A stretch of DNA of 64,000 bases from Schmidtea nova (lineage: Eukaryota): contig CM097883.1 in assembly GCA_044892505.1 (NCBI GenBank), positions 154,380,001 through 154,444,000 of the forward strand, read 5' to 3'. This document shows positions 1-11,393 of this stretch, in pieces. The position numbers were made by a program, and so were the translations under genes. Within the stretch, counting starts at the first letter, position 1. Each line of letters starts with the position of its first letter. Below the pieces are notes generated by a model. The model was not told the origin of the DNA. It searched no databases and was given only the letters and a program-made list of their open reading frames with translations.

Positions 1-1758
1 CGTTATTCGCTGGGAAAAGTGTGTCAGTGCAGAAGGAAATTATTTTGAGAAATGATGCCTATTTACCATGCTTGTTCTAAATACAAAGTTTTGGTGTTGA
101 TATCTTAAGTCTTTCTTTTTTAGTCTCACGACTTATTGGGCGCACCACGTAAGCTCGAGTTGATGAAAACATTAAAAAGTAATGAAGATATTTTCAGTAA
201 ATACAAGATGGACATTGAAAAATCGGATGAAGTGAAACATTACATTGATACCAGAAATGCAAGGCCTTTAGTGTTTTAATTACGAAAGGTTCCGATAGTA
301 TTAGAAGATGAGGTTGATTAATGGTACAAGACTTATTAGATGCAAGTATAATTAGAACCAATTCATCACCATAGGATTTCCCTATAGTTGTGGTAAAGAC
401 AAAAATGGGGATAGAAGAATGTGCGTCAATTATCGAGCACTTAATGCTAAGACGGTTTGATCGAGTTATCCAATACCAACTGCAGAAGAGTTATTTGATA
501 CTATCGGTGAGGTGAGTTATTTTAACACAGTAGATTTATTTAGTGGATATTATCAAGTACAAATTGACGAAAAGGATATCCAGAAAACAGCTTTTAGCAC
601 AAAATACGGACAATTTGAGTACAAAAGAATGTTATTAGGACTTTGCTTAGCTCCTGGTACATTTCAAAAACTCATGAACATGGTTATAAGGAAGAAAAAC
701 TCGATTAATTGTGTCGTGTACTTGATGACGTGTTGAATTTTGGAAGAACAATAGAAGAACATAATGAATGACTTGATAAGGTGCTAAGTCGCATTAGAGA
801 AGCCGAACTTAAATTATCTCCCGATAAGTGTGTATTTTTAAAAACAGAGGTTAGCTATCTAGGGTATATCATAAATAAGGAAGGTGTTAAAACAGATCCA
901 GAAAAAATCAAAAGTAGCAGTTCATGGGAAATTCCAGCATGTAAAAAAGAGTTGCAGTCATTCTTGGGATTTTTCAATTACTACAGACGTTTTATTAAAG
1001 ATTATGCAGAGACTTCAGAGAAATTGAGTGCGATGCTAAAAATTGAAAGCAGTTTCCAGTGGAATGAGGGCAGAAAAGCAGCGTTCTATGACCTAAAGCG
1101 GTTATTGTTCACCCCGCCATTCCTGGTATTACCATGCAAAGAAGGGCAATATATTTTAGACACTGATGCATCACATAATAGCGTTTGAGATGTCATATCA
1201 CAGATGCAAGAAGGCGACGAAAGTGTACTATGTTATTCTTCAAAAACTATGACTAAGTGCCAGAGACGGAATTGCATAACAAGGAAAGAACTTCTGGCAA
1301 TTTATACATTTGTGATAAAATTTAAGCATTTTCTCATTGGATTCAAATTTATAGTAAAGACTGATCACCAAGCATTGAAATGGCTTTTGAATTGGGATAT
1401 CCCAAATACATCTCAATATTGCCTAATGAAAGCTGAATTGGAAATTTTTGACATGGTGGTCGAATATTGGAAAGGTAGCGAACATGTTAACGCTGATGAA
1501 ATGTCATGATTACCATCATGTGAACAATGTATGATAACCCCATGGTGACCGTAAGAAACGGAGAAATGTCAAAGTATACAAGAATTAAGAGGTTGAGGAA
1601 AGTGACAGTGAATCTGAAAGAACGATGAATCATATAGTTAAGAAAGAGGATGATTAGGGACAAGACAAGATGCAGATATTCAGTTTATAATTAAATTGAT
1701 GGAGAAAGGTGATTATTTAACTGAAGTAAATCCAAGTAATTTGACGAATGGCAGTAAA

Positions 1759-2538
1759 GAACGAAAAGAATTATGGGCTCTTAGAACATACTGGAGAGTG
1801 CAAGGTGGTTTACTATATATTTGCCGAGATGATAAATATTTATTTGTATCACCAAGAACGGAAAGAGATTCCAGCATTAGGCAGTTTCACTCCTGTTAGG
1901 GCATACATATATTGAAAAGACAATAGGAGCTATTAAAATGAGTTTTATTGGCGAGCAATGGATAGAGAGATACGGGAAGTTATTGTAACATGTAATGAAT
2001 GTTTACATAATAAAAACTTAAACAGTCGAGATAAAAAAAGACCTTTACAAAACATTGTAGGTAAAAGACCATTCCAGATTATTGGAATCGATGTAACAGG
2101 ACCCTTTAAAGCAACAACGGGGGTTACAGATATATACTAGGAATTATCGAACGAAAAGAATTATGGGCTCTTAGAACATACTGGAGAGTGCAAGGTGGTT
2201 TACTATATATTTGCCGAGATGATAAATATTTATTTGTATCACCAAGAACGGAAAGAGATTCCAGCATTAGGCAGTTTCACTCCTGTTAGGGCATACATAT
2301 ATTGAAAAGACAATAGGAGCTATTAAAATGAGTTTTATTGGCGAGCAATGGATAGAGAGATACGGGAAGTTATTGTAACATGTAATGAATGTTTACATAA
2401 TAAAAACTTAAACAGTCGAGATAAAAAAAGACCTTTACAAAACATTGTAGGTAAAAGACCATTCCAGATTATTGGAATCGATGTAACAGGACCCTTTAAA
2501 GCAACAACGGGGGTTACAGATATATACTAGGAATTATC
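1759..2538 (+). repeat. Perfect 2 x 390 bp tandem duplication within the integrase region
   Basis: 1759-2148 is repeated at 2149-2538. It yields two identical 60-aa ORFs (1958 and 2348), with GA microhomology at the junctions. Confidence 0.95.
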
Positions 2539-3386
2539 GATTATTTCTTGAAGTATATAAGCTTAATACCAATGACAATGACCAATGAAAACTGGATATC
2601 GAAATTCGGTTTCCCAGAGAGAATACACTCTGATTGTGGAAGTAACCTTCAATCACAACTTTTTCTCGAATACTGCAAAATCAGGGGAATTTAAAAAACC
2701 TTCACATCACCATATTATCCACAAAGTGATGGAATGGCAGAAAGATTATTTGTAACGGCTAGAAGTATGATAAGCTTGTAGTTGGAAGAAAGGAAGACTA
2801 GGGATTGGAGAACAATTCTACAAACCATATAGTTTGGGCTAAGTAAAACTAAACAAAAAACTACAAAGCATTTCCCTTACGAGATTGTATTCGGTAAGAC
2901 AGCAAGACTCCTAATCGGACTGACACGAGTACCAGGATAGAAGATCACCAATTATGATGACTATGTAGAACAACTACAGACAGATATACATACTATTCAA
3001 GAGAAAGTTAGACGTATTACTGAAGAAAGTAGGAAGAAAACTGCAGAAAGATAAAATTTAAATCGATGGAATAAGGATGCACGGATTGGATGCCTATTGA
3101 TGGTTAAAACTGAAGACAGAAAAAGGTTTGAAAGAAAATTCATAGACCCTTTTATTATTCAGGAAATAATAAACAAATGTACATTTGTATTATATAATGA
3201 TAAATTAAGGAAGACAATAGGAAGAAACTTCATTAAAATTAAAATAATCAAGGAAATCGATAAGAAAGTAGATCTAGAGAGCATGTTTGGTCAGGAAAAT
3301 CGAGTGTTCAGGCAAAAGACAGAAATATTTATCCAAAGAGAAAGACGAGAAATCCAAATCCTCTATACGATTGTCGGCAAGGGGGA

Positions 3387-3610
3387 TGTTATATGGATTA
3401 AACTAATATGTAATTCATATATTATAATTTTAAATTAATACAATTTTAAATTGTTTTAATAATAGTGTAATATTAATAAATCTTATTTGAATCTTGATTA
3501 ATTTTATTTTGCATTTTTAATTCTAGAGAATATAACAATTAATTAATTAATATAGTTTAGCGTCATATAGTTTAGCACGTTGTGGCTTCCGAGGCCAAAA
3601 TGAATTAACA
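3387..3610 (+). repeat. 3' LTR of the Gypsy element (~224 bp)
   Basis: Starts TGTTA immediately after the PPT and ends TAACA before an (AT)n tract. Confidence 0.65.
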
Positions 3611-3614
3611 ATAT

Positions 3615-3616
<2 letters not shown>

Positions 3617-3662
<46 letters not shown>
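3617..3662. repeat. (AT)n microsatellite
   Basis: Read directly from the sequence. Confidence 0.95.
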
Positions 3663-3665
<3 letters not shown>

Positions 3666-3669
3666 TATT

Positions 3670-4320
3670 TAAAATTAGGTCATGAAGTAGATATTCAAAA
3701 CGTTTCTTTCAACAAATGGTGAGTGAAACTGTTGATAAATGTATTAATGAGTTGTATGTGGTTGATGATAAAATTTCGCCGGGTATTGATCTGTTTAATA
3801 CCCTTGATAGTGTTCCTTTGATAGAAATAGGTGATGTTGTAATAGGAATGAATGATGATGTTGATAGTAATAATAATGAAACAAATAAAAATAATTTGAA
3901 GGATAGCATTGGTTCTTTTATAGTTTTTACTGTTTTCTGAGGGTTTTGTAAATTTTAGGAAATCTATTAGAAAAAATATTAGAAATACTAATGTTAAAAT
4001 AATTTCTAAGTCTAGCAAAGTTCGAGACACGTTCAGTAATAAATCTGTGACATCATTTGGTAGGTTTTCTAATCTCGTATATCGTTTTACTTGTAATGGG
4101 TGTAATGCCACATACATTGGAGAGGTTGCCCATCATCTCTATACACGAGTTCAAGAGCATGCCAGAAAGAGCGGAATGAGTAATATTTTTGAGCATGCAA
4201 GAAAAGCATTGATATTTCCTATTTCAAAATATTGTCTTAGCGTTTTAACAATTATTATAAGTGTGTGAATTGTGAGGCTTTGATGATAAAATCATTTAAT
4301 TATAAAAAAAATATCTAAAT
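3670..4320 (+). mobile_element. Penelope-like element 3' fragment (GIY-YIG endonuclease, pseudogenised)
   Basis: ORF 4047-4268 reads SNLVYRFTCNGCNATYIGEVAHHLYTRVQEH, matching the PLE GIY-YIG pattern VYxFxCxxCxxxYIGExxRxLxxRxxEH. Confidence 0.8.
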
Positions 4321-4399
4321 GCATTTTGAGAGTATAATTAATTTCCCTAGAGTTAATAAAATATGTTTTAGAATTGTACACATGCGATTACGTAATCAC

Positions 4400-5208
4400 T
4401 GTTGGGTAATTGGGATGTTTAGTCGGTGCTGTTAGCCTGATTCCTCGGTGTTCTTTAAATTTGATTCAATAAAATAATCCAACACAGTAGAATTTATTTG
4501 CAACTATCACAATTTTCTAACACACCAAGTCTACGTTCAAATTTAACAATAACTTTTATGAACTGCTTCTCCGACTTTGCGTAGGGATAAGTCTCCTAAA
4601 GGAAGATCTCCCTTTCTGGTACGCTAAAAGAAGGAATTTGAGTTGGAACGTTTTAATTGTCTCTCTTAACTCTGTAACGAATTCTCTCGTTGTGACTTCA
4701 CTTAATTTTTGCTACGACCATTCTGGCAAACTTTAATATTTGTCTTTCCCTTTTATACTGCTTCTGATGATTGGTTTTCCACTCCGCTGCAGCTGTCAAA
4801 TCGTAGTTTCCGATTTGACATTTTAATTTTCCATCTGCCGGTTACTCTCCGGATCTCCTCTAAAGTTAGTTTTCTTAGGAATTATTACCTGTCATATTGC
4901 TTGTCCGGGTTTCCCATTAGCTCGGGCTTTCCATTAGCCAATTAATTCTTAATTAATATTTTAATTTGTTAATTCTTTTTTTCTGGGGACCCCCATTAAT
5001 TTTATATGCCAATATCTGAATTCGTCTCATCATTTGGCATCCTCCCATACTAATTTCCCCCTCTAAATCTTTATTTTTGAGTTTTATAAATTTTTAATTA
5101 ACGTTTGCATTTTAATTAATTATTTTTCCAAATTTCGTATTTTATCGATTTCAACATAGTTTTTGTACTTTTTAATTTTAAATTTCTGTTTATTTAACAA
5201 CCCCAACA
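4400..5208 (-). mobile_element. Solo LTR (family A) with 4-bp TSD TCAC
   Basis: Ends are TGTTGGG...CCCCAACA. TCAC sits at 4396-4399 and 5209-5212. It is the reverse-complement homologue of 25174-25977. Confidence 0.8.
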
Positions 5209-6583
5209 TCACTAATAAACGCATATATAAGATCAATTTTTAATTTAATGAATTTGTTTAGAGCGTGATAATAACAGTTGAACTGTCGAAATATATAGCA
5301 AAAATATATTTTAAAAAATGATGTTCTTTTATTTATATTATTTTTATTTAAATTATTATTAATTATACATTTATGAAAGAAATATTAGCAGATAAAAATA
5401 TATTGTATAGAAATCAAAAGAATTGAATAGTCAAAATGTGTAGCAAAGGTGTATAAATAAAACAGAAATATTCTACATCTATTAATGCGTCCATCCTTTA
5501 AGAATTTTTCAGAAAACGACTGTACTTTTACCTATTGTCCAATTTCTGGTAAACAACATCAATGGACACTTTTCAGCACTCACCCATGTTATCAGTGCCA
5601 TTAAACGCAACACTCTTTCCACGAGGAATAAATTTTTTGATGAAAAATTCAACACAATATTTTTCAACTGCAATATATTAAATGAATTTTTCATCAATGA
5701 TTGACGTTAGAATTTCAAAACAAAATTTTCTTGGTAATGTCAGTTTTGGAACTAATAATGAAAATGTTATTTAAATGTATCAACATCAAATGTAGACATC
5801 AGTGACCTAAATTGTCATTGTCAAAGTCAGTGATTTAATGCAAAAGATTGTAATGAACAAAATTTTAAGCCTTTTGCAATTTTCAATAGTTTTAATAATG
5901 GACGACTTTATACTAAAATTGTCATAATAATTATAAAATAATAATTATAAAATAAATTCTTGTTATTTGTTGATAAATAGTTTATTTAATTGGCAACATG
6001 GTTAATGTAAATTTTTCAAAATGGCACATAAACAGCCACGAGAAAATGCGGCAGAACTTATTTCAGGCAAATTAATGAGTTTAGAATTTATCTACAAAAG
6101 TTTGAAATTTCTTAAAAATAGGTACGTTGGAATAAATCTAACATGCATATTAAAAGCTCTTTAATAAAAATGTTAAGGAATCGTAGATTGGAATTATTTG
6201 ACTTGAACGAAGAATTCCTTGAGAGCGCAAGTCACAAACTTGTTTTTTTTAATAATAACGCTGATAATTAAATAATTTGCACTTTATGTATTTTAAGGTT
6301 TTATAGGATTTATTATAAATTTTAAATTAAAGCTTTTCAATAAGTTTTGTATCATAATTTATAAAACAAATATCTTTTCAAAGAAAATTCAGTTCATTTG
6401 GCCTATCTTACACGGGGACGTTAAAAAACATTTGTAAGTCCTAGTCGTTTTTTTTCTCAAAGAACATACATTATTTTTTATGAATTTCGATTGATATCTG
6501 TTATATAATGGTTTATGGAGAGCGTATGATATCTGTACGATATTTTTTAGAAAATTATTATTGGATATATATGTGACGAGAAC

Positions 6584-7210
6584 TGTAGAGCCCAACAGAG
6601 TCTCCTAAAAAATCACTGTGTAGGGACAGTTGGGGTGCTTGCTATTTAGGTGCTTGCGTGTTTGCTTGAGTGATTATGTATATGTTATAAGTGCATAAAA
6701 AACTAACAATAAATAAACAGTTGATTTATTAACTTTTATTAAACAAAATATTAAAAAACTGAATCACTACTCACGTGTTACAGTAGGAAAAGGCATAAAA
6801 CCACAATTATAAAATTCAATGATTCGTCTTTGTATCTTTTTCTTTTTCAGGAATTGTAAATTTTCTTAATTTCGTATTTTCTGATTTTCTTAATTTCTTG
6901 ACTTCTTTATTTATCTATCATTATTTCTATAGTTTTATTTTTTCTAGTATTTCGTTTTCATTTGGTAATTTTATTTTTAATTCAATTCCAATCTCGATCC
7001 CTTTCCCAATTCAATTTTCAATTAGCTTTTTTAATTTCAATTGTTAATTTTTCTTTAATCAAAATCTAATTGTCATGGATTATTGATGTTTTATTTGAAT
7101 AATTTAATTTTGAATTTTGAATTTTTTTAATAATTATTATTATTATAAAATTCACCACCATTGGGTGCTATCCGGTGTCCGCAATGACGCTCGCAATAGC
7201 AGCAGTAACA
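6584..7210. repeat. LTR-like dispersed repeat (family B), homologous to 40612-41348
   Basis: Shares the blocks TGTAG(A/G)GC..AGAGTC.CCTA, GGGACA...GGGGTG.TTGCT and CAATGACG with the 40.6 kb copy. Confidence 0.45.
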
Positions 7211-8361
7211 ACAATAACAAAAATAATGCTAATAATAATAATGACAATTACAATAATAAAATATATAGCATTAACAACAATAATAACTCAACGATAACAA
7301 TAATAAAAAAAGGAACCCATAAAAACAAGTTTTTAATGTAACTCTTTCTTTTTCTCATGTTCTCGGTTAATTTTATTGTTGTTTCATTGTTTGGAAGTTT
7401 CTTGGCAACAATAAATTGAAAAATCACTTTGCTTCAAAATTTTTCAATTTTCAATGGAATAATTTGTGGGCCACCACGAGTCTGCTCGCAAATTTTCAGA
7501 TCGATTGGATATCGGGAAGTGGGTTAAAAATCGATCCAAAGTTTGACAAGAAAACAAACAGAAATTGGAAGTTAAAAGAAAGAGTTAAAAAATATACATC
7601 ATTAACAATATCTTACAACTGTAACACAAATATCTCAATGTTACAAAGACTAATTTCAAATTGATTGTAATTGTTGGATCAAACAGCATTACCAGATCAT
7701 GTAATTTTTAAGTTTTCTCGATACAGTTTGATTAGCGCTCACCAATCATCATAGAGAAAACCTTAATGATTATTCCTAGAACAAACTGATTTTCATAATT
7801 AAAAAAGAAATTTCAAAAATTTGTATAAATATTGAGTTTTTCAAAACTCACTTTGTTAAAATAATTTTCTTATTTTCATATTTTTTTTTACTTTATAAAA
7901 TAAAACGATGTTTCTTTATATATATTTCTATTTAGAAATTGTTAATAATTAATTGTATATACTATTTTGAGCAAAAAAGATCTATACAAATAGCAATTGT
8001 CAAGATGTAATAATGTTAATTCGCCATTATTCAAATTTTTGATTTGGTAAAAATTGAAAACATTTCTTTTTTCACTTCTACGTTAAAAAAATTAAGCCAA
8101 TAAAAGTATTTTATAAAGCAGTTCAAATTTGTGTTTCAATTATTTACAGAAATTAGCAATAAATTTCTGTAGAAACAAATACGACAATAATTTATTTGTA
8201 AATATCAGTGGGTAAGTCTAAGAACCAATTAGAATCATTTAAGCAATTCCATGTACCAAATATAATTAGAGACTTGAATTTTATTGGTGGATATGTTTAG
8301 AAACAAAATTAGATTATAAAATAAGAGAAATCGTCAATTATAAATGAATTGATTGTAAATA

Positions 8362-8512
8362 ATGATAAGAACCAATTTCATTTTGTTTATCATTTCCAAT
8401 TATTGTTTGGAATTTTCCATTGGTGGATATTTTTCTACGACTTATTGCACCGGCTACGGAGAAGAAACATATTATGATATAGTATGCACAAACCCAGTTG
8501 AGTTTCCACGTG
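8362..8512 (+). CDS. Exon 1 of a secreted/membrane LRR-Ig protein (signal peptide + LRRNT start)
   Basis: ATG at 8362 gives MIRTNFILFIISNYCLEFSIGGYFSTTYCTGYGEETYYDIVCTNPVEFPR. Donor G|GTTAGT opens a 48-nt phase-1 intron. Confidence 0.75.
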
Positions 8513-8560
8513 GTTAGTAAAAATTCAAATTGGTTAAATTTTAATTATGAAATCAAACAG

Positions 8561-8761
8561 ATCTTCCAAAAACTACAGAAAAACTATCAATCATTTGTAC
8601 GAATAATTCAACAAAACCTCGAAAGATTATTTCACAAATTAGCCTTAAAGAAATCAGTCAATATGATTCATTGGTTTCAATTTCATTCCAAAATTGTCCA
8701 ATTAATGATTTGCCTGAAAAATTATTCACGAATTTCCCGTATCTCCAGTCAGTTACTTTAG
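8561..8761 (+). CDS. Exon 2 of the LRR-Ig protein
   Basis: Acceptor AAACAG|. Reads DLPKTTEKLSI...LVSISFQNCPINDLPEKLFTNFPYLQSVTL (LRR consensus). Its phase-1 end joins the phase-1 exon at 23291 in frame. Confidence 0.8.
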   Translation: MFQKLQKNYQSFVRIIQQNLERLFHKLALKKSVNMIHWFQFHSKIVQLMICLKNYSRISRISSQLL

Positions 8762-10292
8762 GTGTGTTATTTTATTTCAATTATTATTATTTATAAAATG
8801 GTAAGCTTTTTCTGCAATGTTTATTCATTGAAATATTTTATTTAAATTATATTATTGTATTTTAAATTATTTCACTACGTAGTAGTGACTACGACAACAA
8901 CGAGTTTTATAATTTAAAAAAAATCTGAGCTAGGCTAAAATTCCGAGTTAAAAAACCGAAACTTATTAAAAAACTTTAATTTATAATTAAAAATTATTTG
9001 AAGAAAATTTTTGAAGAAAGGTTTTTATTTGTTTATTTTTTTTAATTATATAAACATTTAACGAAATAAAAACAGAATGAAGTGAAATATCTATTAGTAA
9101 GAACAGAAACTCAGTTGAATAACCAGGACCTATTCTAGGCCGAAATATTTCAATGAATCAACATAGTGGATAAGACTTATTATTTTATTTAAATTATTTT
9201 ATATGCTGTTATTATTATTATAATTATAATAATAATAATTATTATTATTATTATTATAATTATTATTTTAATTATAATTTTTATTACTATTAAATAGTTT
9301 CCTGATAGCAACATTAATTAAATATTATCTATTTAATATTATTATAATCATATAAAATGGTGGTTTCTTGATAGTTTCTTTTGTTATTTGTTAATTTTTT
9401 TAATATTATAATCATAATCATAATCATAAAATAATTATTATTAATTACTTTATTTTTGAATAAAATTAAAGAATATTTATTTTTTAGAATTAAATAATTT
9501 TCATTTTACTACGTTGTATCAAAATCCATGCCTGTTTAAATGTATTTTGTTTACTACAGTAAAATATAGCAACAAAAAAACAATAAGTTAATAATGGATA
9601 ATCTTTGATTTTTTTTCTTATTTTAATCACTCTCGATTTGATAGATCAAAATGTTCATATTCAAAAGACTTACTACTTGATTTCAGCATGTCATTGAGTT
9701 TGAGCATCTTTCAAAATACACGGTTCATGTCTCTGAATGTTTAGCACAAGACATCATTTTTAATGATTTTCAAACTAAAGGTTGCCAATATTCTACGGCT
9801 ACTGAAAACTAACTTGTAGAACTTCATTGTCCCCAAATATTTAAATATGATACGTATCTCTATTTATGATTGAAACGCTGGAATCAGATCTTCTATAAAA
9901 ATCTTTTCTAAATCTCGAGTAGCACTTTCATGGGTTTTATTTTTCCAAAAGAAACAAATCAAGATTTGTATGTCAGTTTCTTTAATAAAAATATTATGAA
10001 TAAAACTGTTACATAAAACGAAACATTTACATATTTAACAAAACATTTAATAATAAACTTAATTTTTAATTTTAATTTTTTTTAATTATATAAAATTAAA
10101 CCAATGAAATTAGTTAAAAATATAACTTAAATTATCCTCTCTTTCTTTTATAATGATAAGAACCAATTTCATTTTGTTTAGTAATATGATGAAAAAAAAG
10201 AAATAAAAGTAGCAGTCGTAAATGGTAGTATTGATGCCTAAAATAATAATAATAATAAACTGCATATACTAAAGCAAATCTTAAATAAATCT

Positions 10293-10870
10293 TTAACCTT
10301 TTGCACTCCGATGTCGACTGTATGTCGCCACTATGTATAAATAATAATAAAATTTTATTTCAATAAAATATGATAATTTTCCAATGGGACATAGCTCAAC
10401 ATGGAGCATCCCATACTGACAATATTCTAGGGCAGAAGAGTCTGAAATATCTGGATCAATTGGATGATATTCAGGGTTTTCTCGACTCGATTGTCACTTG
10501 AATTTGCCTGTATTGTCCCTGGCAGTGAATGTGATCTTCATCGGATTTGGATTCCGGCATTGCAATATTGGATAAACTTCTCTTTGATTTCGAACAATAG
10601 GAATCATTGAGGTGTTCTATTGTCACTTGAAATTGTTTGTATTGTCGTCAGTGGTAAAGGTATTCTTCTTTAGATTTAAATTCCGGATTTTCAGTTCTTA
10701 GTAAGTTTCTCCAGATTTTGTCAAGTATTCGAAAATGTACAATAATTATCTGTAAGTTTTCTTTAAAGATTAAAGTTTCCTTTTGATTGTGCTAAAGGAA
10801 AAATAATAATTAGCTAGACGCTGTTCCTGGACGAGGAAACAGTGTTTATTCATCGGAGCAAAACGTCAAG
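10293..10870. mobile_element. Possible degenerate piggyBac-like nonautonomous element
   Basis: TTAA|CCTTTTGCACTCCGATG at 10293 has only a weak inverted partner (CATCGGAGCAAAACGTCAA, 10851-10869). An internal diverged 129-bp duplication is present. Confidence 0.25.
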
Positions 10871-11244
10871 AAAAAGAGGGTAAGATGTTTTCAGGTCAAA
10901 GATAGAAATTTATAAACAAAATGAAGTAGTAAATAAGAAATAATTAAGAAAGGAAAGAAAAAAGGTAAATAAAAGTGAATCAAGAAAAAAAAACCCTCCA
11001 AAACTAACAAGCTCATCCACACGAGAGGAGAGAACACATTGTTCATTTCCAAATTTATATTCACCATTAGGCATTTGAGTTTCAGTTGGAATCATTTTTG
11101 AAAAGAGAAGAATTAAAAGAGATTATTTAAACAATGCTATGATATTTCAAACTTTTAATTTAAATTAAAAAAAAAAAATTAAATAAATATCCAACAAAGT
11201 TAAGTAATTGTTATCAAAAATAAAAAAGGAAAAGGAAATAAATT

Positions 11245-11274
11245 TAAAAAAAAAAAAAAAAAGAAGTTTGAAAA
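11245..11274 (-). terminator. Pol III oligo-T terminator
   Basis: TTTT directly follows the 5S 3' end, with a long T run about 10 nt further on the minus strand. Confidence 0.7.
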
Positions 11275-11393
11275 GTTTCACAGCACCTCGTATTCCCAGG
11301 CGGTCACCCATCCAAGTACTAACGAGGCCTTAACCTGCTTAACTTCCGAGATCGAACGACACCGGTTGAATTCAGACTCGTTTAGTTGTTGTT
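11275..11393 (-). rRNA. 5S rRNA-like sequence; nt ~35-119 well conserved, nt 1-34 diverged and overlapping the end of the retroelement ORF2
   Basis: The minus strand reads ...CTGAATTCAACCGGTGTCGTTCGATCTCGGAAGTTAAGCAGGTTAAGGCCTCGTTAGTACTTGGATGGGTGACCGCCTGGGAATACGAGGTGCTGTGAAAC-TTTT. It is colinear without gaps with the canonical metazoan 5S up to ~nt 114, and helix V is compensated (CTCG/CGAG). Confidence 0.9.
11297..11344 (-). promoter_or_regulatory. Pol III type-1 internal control region (A box, intermediate element, C box) of the 5S copy
   Basis: 5S nt 50-97 map to 11344-11297 and match the consensus (AGTTAAGCAGG; TGGATGGGTGACCGCC). Confidence 0.7.

Larger units (their letters stand above)
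1..3610 (+). mobile_element. Degenerate Ty3/Gypsy LTR retrotransposon (pol remnant, PPT and 3' LTR); 5' part lies outside the window
   Basis: RT motifs (DLFSGYYQV, TAF, APGTFQ, frameshifted YLDD near 720), RNase H (LDTDAS, ELLAI, TDHQAL) and integrase (CNEC, IGIDVTGP, YYPQSDGMAER near 2715) occur across stop/frameshift-broken ORFs at 512-3438. A polypurine tract AAGGGGGA at 3379-3386 directly precedes TGTTA...TAACA. Confidence 0.9.

Noticed and set aside
5490-5930. Partly open frames including NCHCQSQ*F (LRRCT-like)
   Set aside because: Multiple stops and no consistent exon structure.
9687-9820. FN3-like peptide HVIEFEHLSKYTVHVSECL in LRR intron 2
   Set aside because: The phase is incompatible with exon 2, the donor is weak and the similarity is too short.
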